A stretch of 64,000 bases of DNA from a virus. Where the stretch lies: positions 65,970 through 129,969 of the IMG/VR virus record IMGVR_UViG_3300027850_000003; one strand, given 5' to 3'. A model generated the notes under the pieces. It saw nothing but the letters and a program-made list of their open reading frames with translations. It searched no databases and was not told where the DNA came from. Of this stretch, positions 50,385 through 60,041 are shown in pieces (position 1 is the stretch's first letter; each line of letters begins with the position of its first letter). A program made the position numbers and the translations under genes.

Positions 50385-50452
50385 TTAATTACTTACAACA
50401 CTATTGTAGTTCTGTGATATAATATAAAAGTAAGATTAAAGGAATTGAACTT

Positions 50453-51226
50453 ATGACGAATTTAACCTACTCTTCTACTGATTCTGGACTTGAAGTTGTT
50501 ATCGCTTTTAATGGTGAAGCTTATTGTACTCAGTCTAGTTATTCTCGATGGACTGGGATTGATAGAACTACGGCAGTAAAAAGGTGTCAAAGTCTTGAAA
50601 TAGAACAAATTGATACCCCCGTACATTCCTTCACACCGGGTAAGTTAATTCGTACTCCTATCAATACGGGACATCAGATTCAAGAAGTAGTTTTAATCCC
50701 AGCTAAAATTATGGCTCGTTGGTTAGCTAAAGATAATCCTGAACTATTTGACCAAGTAATCAGTGCTGGTGCTACTCAGTTCCTTTATTCAATGGCTGGG
50801 TATGAAGTTAAAGCTACTCTTACTACTACTCTTACTACTACTCTTACTACTACTCTTCCTCAGACTTATATTGAAGCTCTTAAGTCTTTAGTAGAAAGTG
50901 AAGAAGCTAAAGAGCAACTTAAACTAGAAAACTCTATTCTAGAAGCTCAAGTAGAAGATTTAATTGAGGACACTGAACGTCAATCTGAAATTATTGATGA
51001 GCTTTATGATTACTCTTCTATTATCCGAATTGCTAAATACAATGATGTAAGTGAAAAGAACTATAATTGGAGAAAACTAAAAGCTGCTTCAAAGGTCTTA
51101 GGGTTAGAAATTAAAGTAGCTCCTTGCCAAAGATTCGGTTACAAAAATATCTATTCTCACGATGCTTGGAAAGCTGCATATCCTAAAATTAATCTTCCTG
51201 AGTTATCAGCCATTGTTAATGTATAA
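50453..51226 (+). CDS. Antirepressor/KilA-like DNA-binding protein (putative)
   Basis: LPQTYIEALKSL coiled-coil linker typical of phage antirepressors; WLAKDNPEL. Confidence 0.65.
   Translation: MTNLTYSSTDSGLEVVIAFNGEAYCTQSSYSRWTGIDRTTAVKRCQSLEIEQIDTPVHSFTPGKLIRTPINTGHQIQEVVLIPAKIMARWLAKDNPELFDQVISAGATQFLYSMAGYEVKATLTTTLTTTLTTTLPQTYIEALKSLVESEEAKEQLKLENSILEAQVEDLIEDTERQSEIIDELYDYSSIIRIAKYNDVSEKNYNWRKLKAASKVLGLEIKVAPCQRFGYKNIYSHDAWKAAYPKINLPELSAIVNV
50814..50857 (+). repeat. 12-bp tandem repeat x3.7
   Basis: (CTACTCTTACTA)n encoding TLTT repeats. Confidence 0.9.
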
Positions 51227-51245
51227 TAATAAGTAGTCATGAGTT

Positions 51246-51276
51246 AAGGAGTAGATATAAAGTCCACTCCTTTTTT
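51246..51276. terminator. Terminator between convergent genes
   Basis: AAGGAGT/ACTCCTT stem plus T tract. Confidence 0.65.
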
Positions 51277-51291
51277 ATTATCTATTTACAC

Positions 51292-51669
51292 TTAATCATC
51301 ATCTTCGTCTATGTAACTAATAAGCTCTTTAGGTACTAATAATTTTACTCCAATAGACTGAACCATATTAACTAAATCTTGTAAGTCATTAGGATTAATA
51401 TCCATTGAATCCTCCTCATCTTCATTACAAAATATAAATCTTGCTAATTTTTTATAAGGGTCTCCTATATTTGTATACTGCAATTTAATAGGTAAAATTC
51501 TTTTAACCTCTTTTTCAGTAAATAAATATAATTTAGGTCTAGGAGGGTATTCAATAACAAATACTAATTTTCTTTCATTATATTTAAGAGCTGGATGGTC
51601 ACGAAAATCACTAATTGGTTTCATTTTATTTATTTTACGTTCGTGTTTTAGAGTTATACTATTAAACAT
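51292..51669 (-). CDS. Hypothetical protein
   Basis: 125-aa ORF. Confidence 0.5.
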   Translation of the reverse strand: MFNSITLKHERKINKMKPISDFRDHPALKYNERKLVFVIEYPPRPKLYLFTEKEVKRILPIKLQYTNIGDPYKKLARFIFCNEDEEDSMDINPNDLQDLVNMVQSIGVKLLVPKELISYIDEDDD

Positions 51670-51961
51670 CTTCTTTACTATCCCAGATATCTACTTTCCT
51701 TTGAAGTCTCATTAATAGCTCAGAACTAACACCTAGTTTAATACCTAATATACTACCTAGTCTACTTTCTAAATTTTTAGCCCAGTAATGAGTCATAGGT
51801 CTATCTCCTTCTAATATCTCATCTAACTCAATATTATAAAGGTACAAGTCTCCAATACTACTATCTCTTTCCTCTAGTAAATCTCTTATTATTTCTCCTG
51901 GGTGAATTGGTCTAATCTTACGGGATAAAATGGATGACACTGATACCGTATTTTCTTTCAT
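51662..51961 (-). CDS. HigA-family antitoxin-like HTH protein
   Basis: RPIHPGEII..LG..SELLMRLQRKVDIW. Confidence 0.75.
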   Translation of the reverse strand: MKENTVSVSSILSRKIRPIHPGEIIRDLLEERDSSIGDLYLYNIELDEILEGDRPMTHYWAKNLESRLGSILGIKLGVSSELLMRLQRKVDIWDSKEDV

Positions 51962-51968
51962 TGTATGC

Positions 51969-52505
51969 TTATTCTTCTAAATAATCTTTACTAGAAACCC
52001 ACTTAAAATGATCCAAAGATAAGACTTGACTAACACTACTAATTAATAAAGGATTATGCACTGCACAGATTATTTGCTTAGTAGTAGACTCATCTTTCAA
52101 AAACTTAGATAACTTTTTAATAGATTTAATAGATAACGCTAAATCTGGTTCATCTACTAAAACGGCTACATTATCTTCTAACTTAGATATTGTCCTTAAT
52201 ATTGAGTTATTTGATTCTCCATGACTATGAAAGATAGAAGCGATTTGAGAAAGAGTTTCTATTCTACCTTTAGTTCTAGGATTACCATGTTCTAAATCTA
52301 GATAGCAACAATCATTATATTCATCAGTTTCTACTGTTACATCTATCTTTTCTCCTGCTATTTTTTTCCCAAAGATTACTTCTAATAAAGAAGATTTTCC
52401 ACTACCATTGTCTCCTACTAATAGATTTAATCCTTTCTTAAAAGTAAATATCTGCCCCTTAGTAAACTTTCTAAAATTAGAGTTAAAGGTTATTGATTTT
52501 AGCAT
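51969..52505 (-). CDS. ABC/AAA-type ATPase
   Basis: GDNGSGKSS, SHGE, LVDEPDLALS, AVHNP. Confidence 0.85.
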   Translation of the reverse strand: MLKSITFNSNFRKFTKGQIFTFKKGLNLLVGDNGSGKSSLLEVIFGKKIAGEKIDVTVETDEYNDCCYLDLEHGNPRTKGRIETLSQIASIFHSHGESNNSILRTISKLEDNVAVLVDEPDLALSIKSIKKLSKFLKDESTTKQIICAVHNPLLISSVSQVLSLDHFKWVSSKDYLEE

Positions 52506-52906
52506 TATAAGACCTCTACTATATCTCCATCACAATCATTAGCTTCATAATACACTTTACCGTATTGCTTCATTCCCTCACAAATAGATAATACTATCTC
52601 CTCTGCTAACCCCCAATAACTAAGACTCCAAATAATTTCCTTATCTCCATACTCAGAATAATCACTATCGCAATCAAAGTGAACCATTAGGATTCTAGAT
52701 TCATTATTAACTTTAAAGTAGATATTGAAGAATTTACTACTTGGATTACATTCAATTCTAGGAAACTGACTTGTCTTATCTTTCCACACATAATCTCCAG
52801 AAGAATATTTCTTAATAATAGGGATTAGTACATTTTCTATTTTACTTAATACTGAGAAGATATCTTTATTCTCAGTCACTACGAACCCAACAGTTGAAAT
52901 TCCCAT
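52505..52906 (-). CDS. Hypothetical protein
   Basis: 133-aa ORF. Confidence 0.55.
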   Translation of the reverse strand: MGISTVGFVVTENKDIFSVLSKIENVLIPIIKKYSSGDYVWKDKTSQFPRIECNPSSKFFNIYFKVNNESRILMVHFDCDSDYSEYGDKEIIWSLSYWGLAEEIVLSICEGMKQYGKVYYEANDCDGDIVEVL

Positions 52907-53131
52907 TTATTTTATTTCCTTACTCTTAACTACTTTATCTACTAACTTTTTCCAATCATCTATCAAAGGCTTATAGTTTACATAATATTCCTCACTAAAC
53001 TGTACTTCACTTCTCTCTCCACTATAGGCTCTGAACCTTGTTTCACTATGATTTCCGAGTCTCGTTTCCCACTCCTCCTCATACTCTTCAATATAAAGTT
53101 CGTTATTATAATACTTAATAAAAATAATCAT
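52907..53131 (-). CDS. Hypothetical protein
   Basis: 74-aa ORF. Confidence 0.5.
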   Translation of the reverse strand: MIIFIKYYNNELYIEEYEEEWETRLGNHSETRFRAYSGERSEVQFSEEYYVNYKPLIDDWKKLVDKVVKSKEIK

Positions 53132-53219
53132 AGTTCACTGATACTAAAATAAAGAATATTAAATAAGTCTCATTCTTTCTCTCGCTTTGACTCGTTCTCT
53201 CATTCCTATACTATGACTT

Positions 53220-53324
53220 GGAACTTAGTAAAATATTTAAAGTCTCGTTCGTCTTTGAGTAGTTGCTTAGTATCTAGTGGTGACTAAGATATTAGAACAA
53301 AATCTTCCAAGAGACGTTGGAGCT
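53220..53324. repeat. Dispersed non-coding element, copy 2 (long form)
   Basis: Same two blocks as 20806-20859 in inverted orientation, separated by 56 nt instead of 5. Confidence 0.85.
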
Positions 53325-53440
53325 AATAGAAAATCTTAAGAAAAGATTAAGATAAGGAATTAATTATAATAGATACCACTTTTTTCTACCATATAAGGTT
53401 AAAATAGAGATATCCCAAACAGAAAAAGTGTTAAAAATAA

Positions 53441-55123
53441 ATGTATTACTCCGATAAATATTCAGAAATTCCAAATGGCATAGTTGACAAAGGAGCTTGT
53501 GGAATAGGTTTAACTAGCTATGCTCTTGAGAATAATGTTCCTACTGTAGTAGTTACTCCTACTGTAGCTATGATTAAAAACAAAGTATCTCAATACCCAA
53601 ATAATAGAAGGTCAGATTCAATTATAGGATTTTACCAAGGAGTATCACTAGCTACTATTAAAAATTATATTGAATATACTGCTATACCTAAAATAATGGT
53701 AACATTTGATAGTTTTTATAAAATAGTCCCTTTTATAGATGACACTTACCAAATCATAGTAGATGAGTTTAGTGAATTATTAGATGCCTATAACTACAGA
53801 AATAAAGCAATATCAAAATTACTTATTGAAGTTCAAAAGTTTAGTAAAGTTTCTTATGTATCAGCTACTCCTACTAAAGTCGAATATCTCCCTCTTCAAT
53901 TAAAAGATTTAGATTACACTACTTTAGAATGGGATGATTTAACTAAGATCAATATTGATTTACTTCATAAAAAAAGACCTATTCAAACTGTTAGAGCTTT
54001 AATAAATAAGTACCGTAGTGGTTTAGTAGAAATTAACGGAATTAAAAGTGATGCAGGATATTTCTTTGTTAACAGTGTTCGGATGATTAAAGAAATATGT
54101 GAAAAATCAGAACTCTTAAATTCTGAAGTTAGAATTATTTGCTCGGATACAGATAAGAATAAACGTACATTAGGTGATTATGATATTTCTACTTCACTTG
54201 ATCCCGAAACACTATTTACTTTTATTACTTCTTGTAGCTTTAAAGGTTCAGATTTCTATAGTGAAAGAGGTGTAGTATTTGTAGTATCCAATAATACTAA
54301 TACACATACATTAATAACTATTGACACAGACATTATTCAAATCGCAGGTAGGATAAGAAACCCTACTAATCCTTTCCGAAACTACTTATGTCACATCTTT
54401 AATGTTAATCCTCTTAGTTTAAGTAGAGAAGAATTTTTAAAAATAACTGAGGAGAAGATTAAACAAAGCAATACCTTATTACAAGGATATAGTAAACTTA
54501 CTGATGAAGAACGAGATTTATTTCTCTCAACTCAAAATTTAGAAAACTTTTATATCTCTATAACTGAAGAAGGAGTTCCTTACTATGACGAGATGTTGTA
54601 TTTATTAGATAAAAGAAGATATGAGGATATTGCTCAAGTATATAAAGATGGTCTTTCTATTAATAGTTATTATTCATCTTTAAATGAAGTAGATGTATTG
54701 TCTAGCACCAAATTAGATATTGACTATTTAGTTAATAATTCTTTTTATTCTCTTTGTAAAACTGCTGTTGAAGGTAAAGGGGATTTAGAAACTATTTATA
54801 AACAATTTCCATTAATTAAAGATGCTATTGAAAAATTAGGAAAAGAAAAAATTAAAGCTTTAGGTTTTCATATCACTAAAATTCAATACGAAATTGACGA
54901 CTTTGACAAAAAAGATAAAGTTAAAACAGTGGTGATAAAAGAAATAGACAAAGAAAAATTTTATAGTTGTAAAGATATGAAGATATTACTTGGATACATT
55001 TATGCCAGACTAGGTATTAGAGCAACCGCTAAAGCTTCAGATATTTTAGAATACTGTAACGCTAAGTTATGTTATAGAAAAATAAACGATAAAACAGTAA
55101 AAGGATATCAAATAGTAATTTAA
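53441..55123 (+). CDS. SF2 helicase-like protein, paralog 3
   Basis: DKGACGIGLT, IIVDEFS, SATP, QIAGRIR. Confidence 0.8.
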   Translation: MYYSDKYSEIPNGIVDKGACGIGLTSYALENNVPTVVVTPTVAMIKNKVSQYPNNRRSDSIIGFYQGVSLATIKNYIEYTAIPKIMVTFDSFYKIVPFIDDTYQIIVDEFSELLDAYNYRNKAISKLLIEVQKFSKVSYVSATPTKVEYLPLQLKDLDYTTLEWDDLTKINIDLLHKKRPIQTVRALINKYRSGLVEINGIKSDAGYFFVNSVRMIKEICEKSELLNSEVRIICSDTDKNKRTLGDYDISTSLDPETLFTFITSCSFKGSDFYSERGVVFVVSNNTNTHTLITIDTDIIQIAGRIRNPTNPFRNYLCHIFNVNPLSLSREEFLKITEEKIKQSNTLLQGYSKLTDEERDLFLSTQNLENFYISITEEGVPYYDEMLYLLDKRRYEDIAQVYKDGLSINSYYSSLNEVDVLSSTKLDIDYLVNNSFYSLCKTAVEGKGDLETIYKQFPLIKDAIEKLGKEKIKALGFHITKIQYEIDDFDKKDKVKTVVIKEIDKEKFYSCKDMKILLGYIYARLGIRATAKASDILEYCNAKLCYRKINDKTVKGYQIVI

Positions 55124-55858
55124 CACCTCTACTCCTTTAACAAGTTTACCTTTTAACCTAACAGTTTTATATTTAACTTCTGCGTAATTAGCTATATCAA
55201 TAGCTTTTCCTTTCTTTGCAATATCTAGTTTTTCATAAATATTATTGAGAGTATTTTTAACAAAAGCTAGAGAATAGAAAGTCTCTATATCTAAAAGTCG
55301 AATGAGTTCATCTTTAATACATTGCTGAATATCAGTGTTATTAAATTTAAGCTCATCTATTAATCTATTAACAAGATAACCTAAAGCTTTCATTCTCTTG
55401 GCTCCTAATTTAGTAAAAGCCTCTCTAATAATAGGAAATCTATCACCAATATAAAATCTTTCATCTGGGCTACTAATATACTTCTGACAATATTCTTTAA
55501 AACTACCATTAGTAGGAAACCCATCATCTTCAATCTCTTCTACCTCGTATTTTTCTGGTAATTCTACTTTAATTGTTACTCCACCTAAATAAACTTTTTC
55601 TTTATTAAATGTAGGATGCAGAGTATTAATTAAATAAGTCTCAATAATATCTGAGTCTGCTAGAGATTCACAAGGATAATACTCAATTACATCTATTAGT
55701 GATTTCCATTCCTGATACTCTGGATCATTAGGATTAAAATGATCATTTAGCCTACTTCTAAGATTTGAGCTTCTACCAACATAAGCTAGTTCATTTTTGA
55801 CATAAAGAAGATAAACCCCAATTTTTTCTTTTAACGGTTTTAAATGAAACTTAATCAT
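55067..55858 (-). CDS. GIY-YIG nuclease fused to the helicase C-terminal module
   Basis: GVYLL..YVGRSSNLRSRL..E..LINTLHPTFN; C-half highly similar to paralog 1 from IEDDGF onward. Confidence 0.85.
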   Translation of the reverse strand: MIKFHLKPLKEKIGVYLLYVKNELAYVGRSSNLRSRLNDHFNPNDPEYQEWKSLIDVIEYYPCESLADSDIIETYLINTLHPTFNKEKVYLGGVTIKVELPEKYEVEEIEDDGFPTNGSFKEYCQKYISSPDERFYIGDRFPIIREAFTKLGAKRMKALGYLVNRLIDELKFNNTDIQQCIKDELIRLLDIETFYSLAFVKNTLNNIYEKLDIAKKGKAIDIANYAEVKYKTVRLKGKLVKGVEVLNYYLISFYCFIVYFSIT

Positions 55859-56099
55859 AAACTATGTTCTTATATTTATAATGTAGAAATTTGAAAATAA
55901 TTCATAGAAAAATCAACATTAAAGAGGTACTAAAAATATCTCTTTCCCTATTGACAAATAATGGGTGAGAGTAGAATTGAACTACTGGTGCTTACGCTAC
56001 TGTTTTACAGACAGCTACCTTTACCAACAGGAGGACTCACCCGATACCTCAGATTATATCATAGAGATAGAAAAAGCTACTCAACTATCTCTTTTTTAT

Positions 56100-56510
56100 T
56101 TACCTGAGAAACTCCTCTTCCAGAATATCTGCTATTTGATTAAAATTTAATCCCCAAATATCATTTAATTGAGTTAAATCATCGTAATTAATTCTATCTT
56201 CTTCTTCATAGTTTTCTTCTAATATTTCTAGTAGTTTTGAATTTTTTGAGCTGATTTTAAAATCAGGTGTCCTATCTTCTAAGTTTAAGAGGTTTAAAAT
56301 ACTCTTAGGTAGCGCATCCTTTTCATTTAAAATAGTGGCGTAATAACTGTCCTCTCCTTCATCCCAGTCTTTCCTGTTAGTGATATCGCAGAGAACTCCT
56401 AGACAACAAAACCTATCATCTATACTCCTTAAACAACCTTGGCCCTGAGTATATTTACCACTTCTAAGGGCTTCGATCCATTCTTTAATTAGTTTTAAAT
56501 TAGTATTCAT
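56100..56510 (-). CDS. Conserved phage hypothetical, paralog A
   Basis: WIEALRSGKYTQG..CCLGVLCD..LND..F.QIAD. Confidence 0.7.
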   Translation of the reverse strand: MNTNLKLIKEWIEALRSGKYTQGQGCLRSIDDRFCCLGVLCDITNRKDWDEGEDSYYATILNEKDALPKSILNLLNLEDRTPDFKISSKNSKLLEILEENYEEEDRINYDDLTQLNDIWGLNFNQIADILEEEFLR

Positions 56511-56606
56511 TTAATTTTTTCCTATATTTATTTTAATTGAGTCAGATATTTCTTCTATGCTAGTATTTTTGTTAATATTAATAAAGTAAATAACCACTAA
56601 TCTACC

Positions 56607-59594
56607 ATGAATGACGACCAAGTAGTACAGCAAATATCTAAATTACTGAAGAATACCTCTTTTATTGGTTATGCCTTAAATGGTGGAATAGGAACTAAGA
56701 TAAACGTTCGCAATACTGAGACAGGTAAGACTATTCAAGCTCTTAGTATTAATGTTGATTCTACTGGAGAAGTCTTAGTAGTTAAAGACTCAGAAGATGG
56801 TCAATATAAAGCAGTTACATTTAAGACTGCTGAGAAGGTAAGTACAAAGATAATTCAGCTAAGAAAGACTAAACCTACTAATGACAAGAAAATAATTGAA
56901 TATACAGATTCTGATATTGAAGTATTCTACCTATTCGTTAAATTAATAGATACTGGTAGCCCTGTTGCTACTGATTTAAATTCTACTTGGATTAGGAGAG
57001 GAAGCTCTTGTACTCAGTTCGTAGGAGCTTATGAAAGATGTAATTACGCAGCTAGAGAGACTATTGGAGGGGTTAGTCATACTGGACTAGAGTATCAACC
57101 TTATAATACTCTTCAATCTTGTCTTAACGATGATTTGGGGAGAGATGCAAAGACTCCTCATGGTACTAAGGATGCACAAGGAGGAGGACTTGGCAATAAA
57201 ATCTACTCTACTAGGATGACCTCAGTAGAAGAGCAATATATGCTAGGAGCTTTAACTTCTCATGATAATGCTAATGGTACAAGTTTTAAGAAACTATTTG
57301 GTTATGGATCTATTTTAGAATGTTCAGGGGCTATGTTCATGGATGGTTGGGGGCCATCAACGAATCAAGCTGGGGAAGAGTATACTCGTTGCTATTTTCA
57401 ATATTTCCCAGGTTTTACTAATGCTTGTACTCCTGCTATGCAAGTTGCTGGTTATTGTACTAATCAAGGCTTTATCAATAGTAGATGTCCTCTTCCTGGT
57501 CAACCGTTACCTCCTGGTCAACCTAGTGTCGGAGATATTGATAATAGTTGGGGTCATATTTATGGATGGAAAGATTTACCTTACTCATTTTTTTATAGAA
57601 GAAGATTTTACCAAGGTTATGTAGGAGGGGTAAGTGTCCCTGGTTATTTTTTAATATTACAAGTGAATGAAGACCAAACTCCTACTATCCCAGAAGGTTT
57701 CTTTCCTTGGGTTCCTGGTTGCCCTTCTAATAATCAAGGAGGGCCGTATGATGGTAGTGGAGGTAATAGATTCCCTGATGGAGTTCCACCTGTTCAGAAG
57801 AGAGATATGAAGCTATCTACTCATAGAGCTGAAATTTGGTTAGGAAGTAGTAAGAAAGAAGAAGCTATTAAATTACATGAACTAGGTGCTAGTGATTTAT
57901 TTAGTGGAATGTATAACTCATTTATTACTAGAGCAGATGAAACAATAGTAGATACTGAAAACAGACTTCAAAGAGGGCCTAACTTTACTCCTACTAACGA
58001 AGAGGTTACTGTTCATAATAAAATATACGAAAATTGGAACAAAAATAGAATTGATTTAAATATTAATCCTAAAGTCTGGATTTATATTATTAATAATACG
58101 CCTAAAGCTGCAACCTCTACTACTGGTTATACTCTTGATAATCATGTTAATGATCCTACTAATGCTACTCTTCACAGAGCTATTAATAACTTATACAATA
58201 GAACTATTAATTTATCGGTAGTAGATAATAAAACCCAGATAATACATCTTAAATTAGGGTTAACTTCTAGAAGCACTCTTTCTAATAGCGATTGTAAAGG
58301 AATAGGAGGCTGGGATGGTTTTTTTAGAGATAGCACTCAGAAACTTAGTAATCAGAGTTGGGAATATCAAAAATACATAACTATTACTGTAAAAGATTGG
58401 AGTATATTATCCTCTACTAATACACTTGATACTACTAAATTAGAAACAGAAGATTTTTGGAATACAGATAATATTAAACGTAGATTTTTTACTTCTTTTG
58501 GAGGTCATAGGATTAACTTAAATCTTAAAGACACTTATGACCAAATACTACTTAGAAATAACGCTGAAATAGATACTGAAAAAATAATAAGTGACCTTCA
58601 TTTTGAACAACTTAACTACTCACTAAAATTTATAACTCCCACTACTAGCACTTTGGGTGGAGAATTATATTTTTCAGGATTAAACTTTCTCCCTTCTCCT
58701 TCTAACTTTTACAATCCTAGTAGGTATTACGCTTTAAGCTCTAGAAGTTGGTGGGAATTATGGGCTAAAGGGACTTATAGTAAAAAAAATAAAAGATTAA
58801 GTTCTATAGTTGGTTATGAAAAAAATCGTCATCAAGTAGTGAAAAGTTATGGGTTAGGTGCAAATTTAACATATAATAATGCTGCTACAGACCCATATTT
58901 ATATAATGAAAGTTATTTTGAATATTTAAGTAGTAGACCTAAAGTATTTATTCCCTCTTTAATTAAAAAATTAAGAGGAGATAAGCTGTTTTTTAATAGT
59001 AACCGCTATATAACTGATAAACAAGAAACTTTAGAAAAAATAGGATCTTTGTTTTTCTTTTCTAGCCCTACAAGTAATTGGACAAATGATTTCTTTTTCT
59101 CTAATGTCCCAGAGTACCAATATATCTCTCTTCCTAGTCTTTATTATGGTAATGATAACGGTATAGAAACTTTAACATCTAATAATAATTCTTTACAACC
59201 TGACTTTCTGGGTAATAACAATTTTTTAAAAATTATGAATACTCGTTCATGGTTTCAAAGACTTTGGGCGCAATTTATATATGATGAAAATATTAAAGTA
59301 GATGTGGATTCTTATAAAGATGTTAATTTTACACTTCCTACTAACATCCCTCAGTATAAAAAATTTAGTTTATTTAAAGAGGGGATTACTGCTGAATATC
59401 CTTTCTCTACTCGTATAAGTTTTAGTGATCCTGCTTTAGAGTTAAACACAGTTCTTTCTCCTGGTAAGCTAGAAATAGCTAATAAACAAGTAACTATTAA
59501 CAAACCCACTAATGTAACTTTAGACCCGAATACTAGCTTTCTAGTCTATTTATACCCCAATGTTACTGTGACTAAAAAAACCAAGGAAATTTGA
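56607..59594 (+). CDS. Large putative virion/tail protein
   Basis: 995 aa; Cys/Gly/Pro-rich middle; same strand as the structural genes. Confidence 0.5.
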   Translation: MNDDQVVQQISKLLKNTSFIGYALNGGIGTKINVRNTETGKTIQALSINVDSTGEVLVVKDSEDGQYKAVTFKTAEKVSTKIIQLRKTKPTNDKKIIEYTDSDIEVFYLFVKLIDTGSPVATDLNSTWIRRGSSCTQFVGAYERCNYAARETIGGVSHTGLEYQPYNTLQSCLNDDLGRDAKTPHGTKDAQGGGLGNKIYSTRMTSVEEQYMLGALTSHDNANGTSFKKLFGYGSILECSGAMFMDGWGPSTNQAGEEYTRCYFQYFPGFTNACTPAMQVAGYCTNQGFINSRCPLPGQPLPPGQPSVGDIDNSWGHIYGWKDLPYSFFYRRRFYQGYVGGVSVPGYFLILQVNEDQTPTIPEGFFPWVPGCPSNNQGGPYDGSGGNRFPDGVPPVQKRDMKLSTHRAEIWLGSSKKEEAIKLHELGASDLFSGMYNSFITRADETIVDTENRLQRGPNFTPTNEEVTVHNKIYENWNKNRIDLNINPKVWIYIINNTPKAATSTTGYTLDNHVNDPTNATLHRAINNLYNRTINLSVVDNKTQIIHLKLGLTSRSTLSNSDCKGIGGWDGFFRDSTQKLSNQSWEYQKYITITVKDWSILSSTNTLDTTKLETEDFWNTDNIKRRFFTSFGGHRINLNLKDTYDQILLRNNAEIDTEKIISDLHFEQLNYSLKFITPTTSTLGGELYFSGLNFLPSPSNFYNPSRYYALSSRSWWELWAKGTYSKKNKRLSSIVGYEKNRHQVVKSYGLGANLTYNNAATDPYLYNESYFEYLSSRPKVFIPSLIKKLRGDKLFFNSNRYITDKQETLEKIGSLFFFSSPTSNWTNDFFFSNVPEYQYISLPSLYYGNDNGIETLTSNNNSLQPDFLGNNNFLKIMNTRSWFQRLWAQFIYDENIKVDVDSYKDVNFTLPTNIPQYKKFSLFKEGITAEYPFSTRISFSDPALELNTVLSPGKLEIANKQVTINKPTNVTLDPNTSFLVYLYPNVTVTKKTKEI

Positions 59595-59645
59595 TTTATT
59601 AGGTAGTGAATCCAATAATATACTCACTACCTACTCCCAATAATA

Positions 59646-60041
59646 CTAGAAGAACTCTGCCTCTAAAATATCAGCTATCTGGTCAAAAGTTAAACCATAG
59701 TCGTCATTTAACTCAGCCAACTCAAAATATTCATAATCATCACAATCTACACCTTGAAGTATTTTTCTTAATTCAGTGTTTTCAGAATTAATATAAAAGT
59801 TCCCTCCTCTGCCCTCTACTTCTAAAATTTCTCTTATCTCTATAGGTAAGGTTTCTTTCTCATCATAAATAATATATTCTTCTCCCTCTCGCTGCTTCCA
59901 TTCTTTAGGTTTAACTTTATCGCAGAGAACTCCTAAGCAACAGTAGGTATCTTCGTTAATTTTTAAACTGTACTTCCCTTGTTGATACTCTCCACTTCTA
60001 AGGGCTTCGATCCATTCTTTAATAATAGTAAGATTAGTCAT
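59646..60041 (-). CDS. Conserved phage hypothetical, paralog B
   Basis: Same motifs as 56100..56510. Confidence 0.7.
   Translation of the reverse strand: MTNLTIIKEWIEALRSGEYQQGKYSLKINEDTYCCLGVLCDKVKPKEWKQREGEEYIIYDEKETLPIEIREILEVEGRGGNFYINSENTELRKILQGVDCDDYEYFELAELNDDYGLTFDQIADILEAEFF

Noticed and set aside
53428-55126. 8-bp inverted repeat GTGTTAAA/TTTAACAC around helicase 3
   Set aside because: Too short to distinguish from chance in AT-rich DNA
47219-59594. Diversity-generating retroelement or invertible tail fibre cassette
   Set aside because: No reverse transcriptase, invertase or template/variable repeat pair seen in this window
55965-59791. ORFs 55965..56150, 57343..57624 and 59606..59791
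   Set aside because: Overlap real genes in other frames or strands; no supporting features
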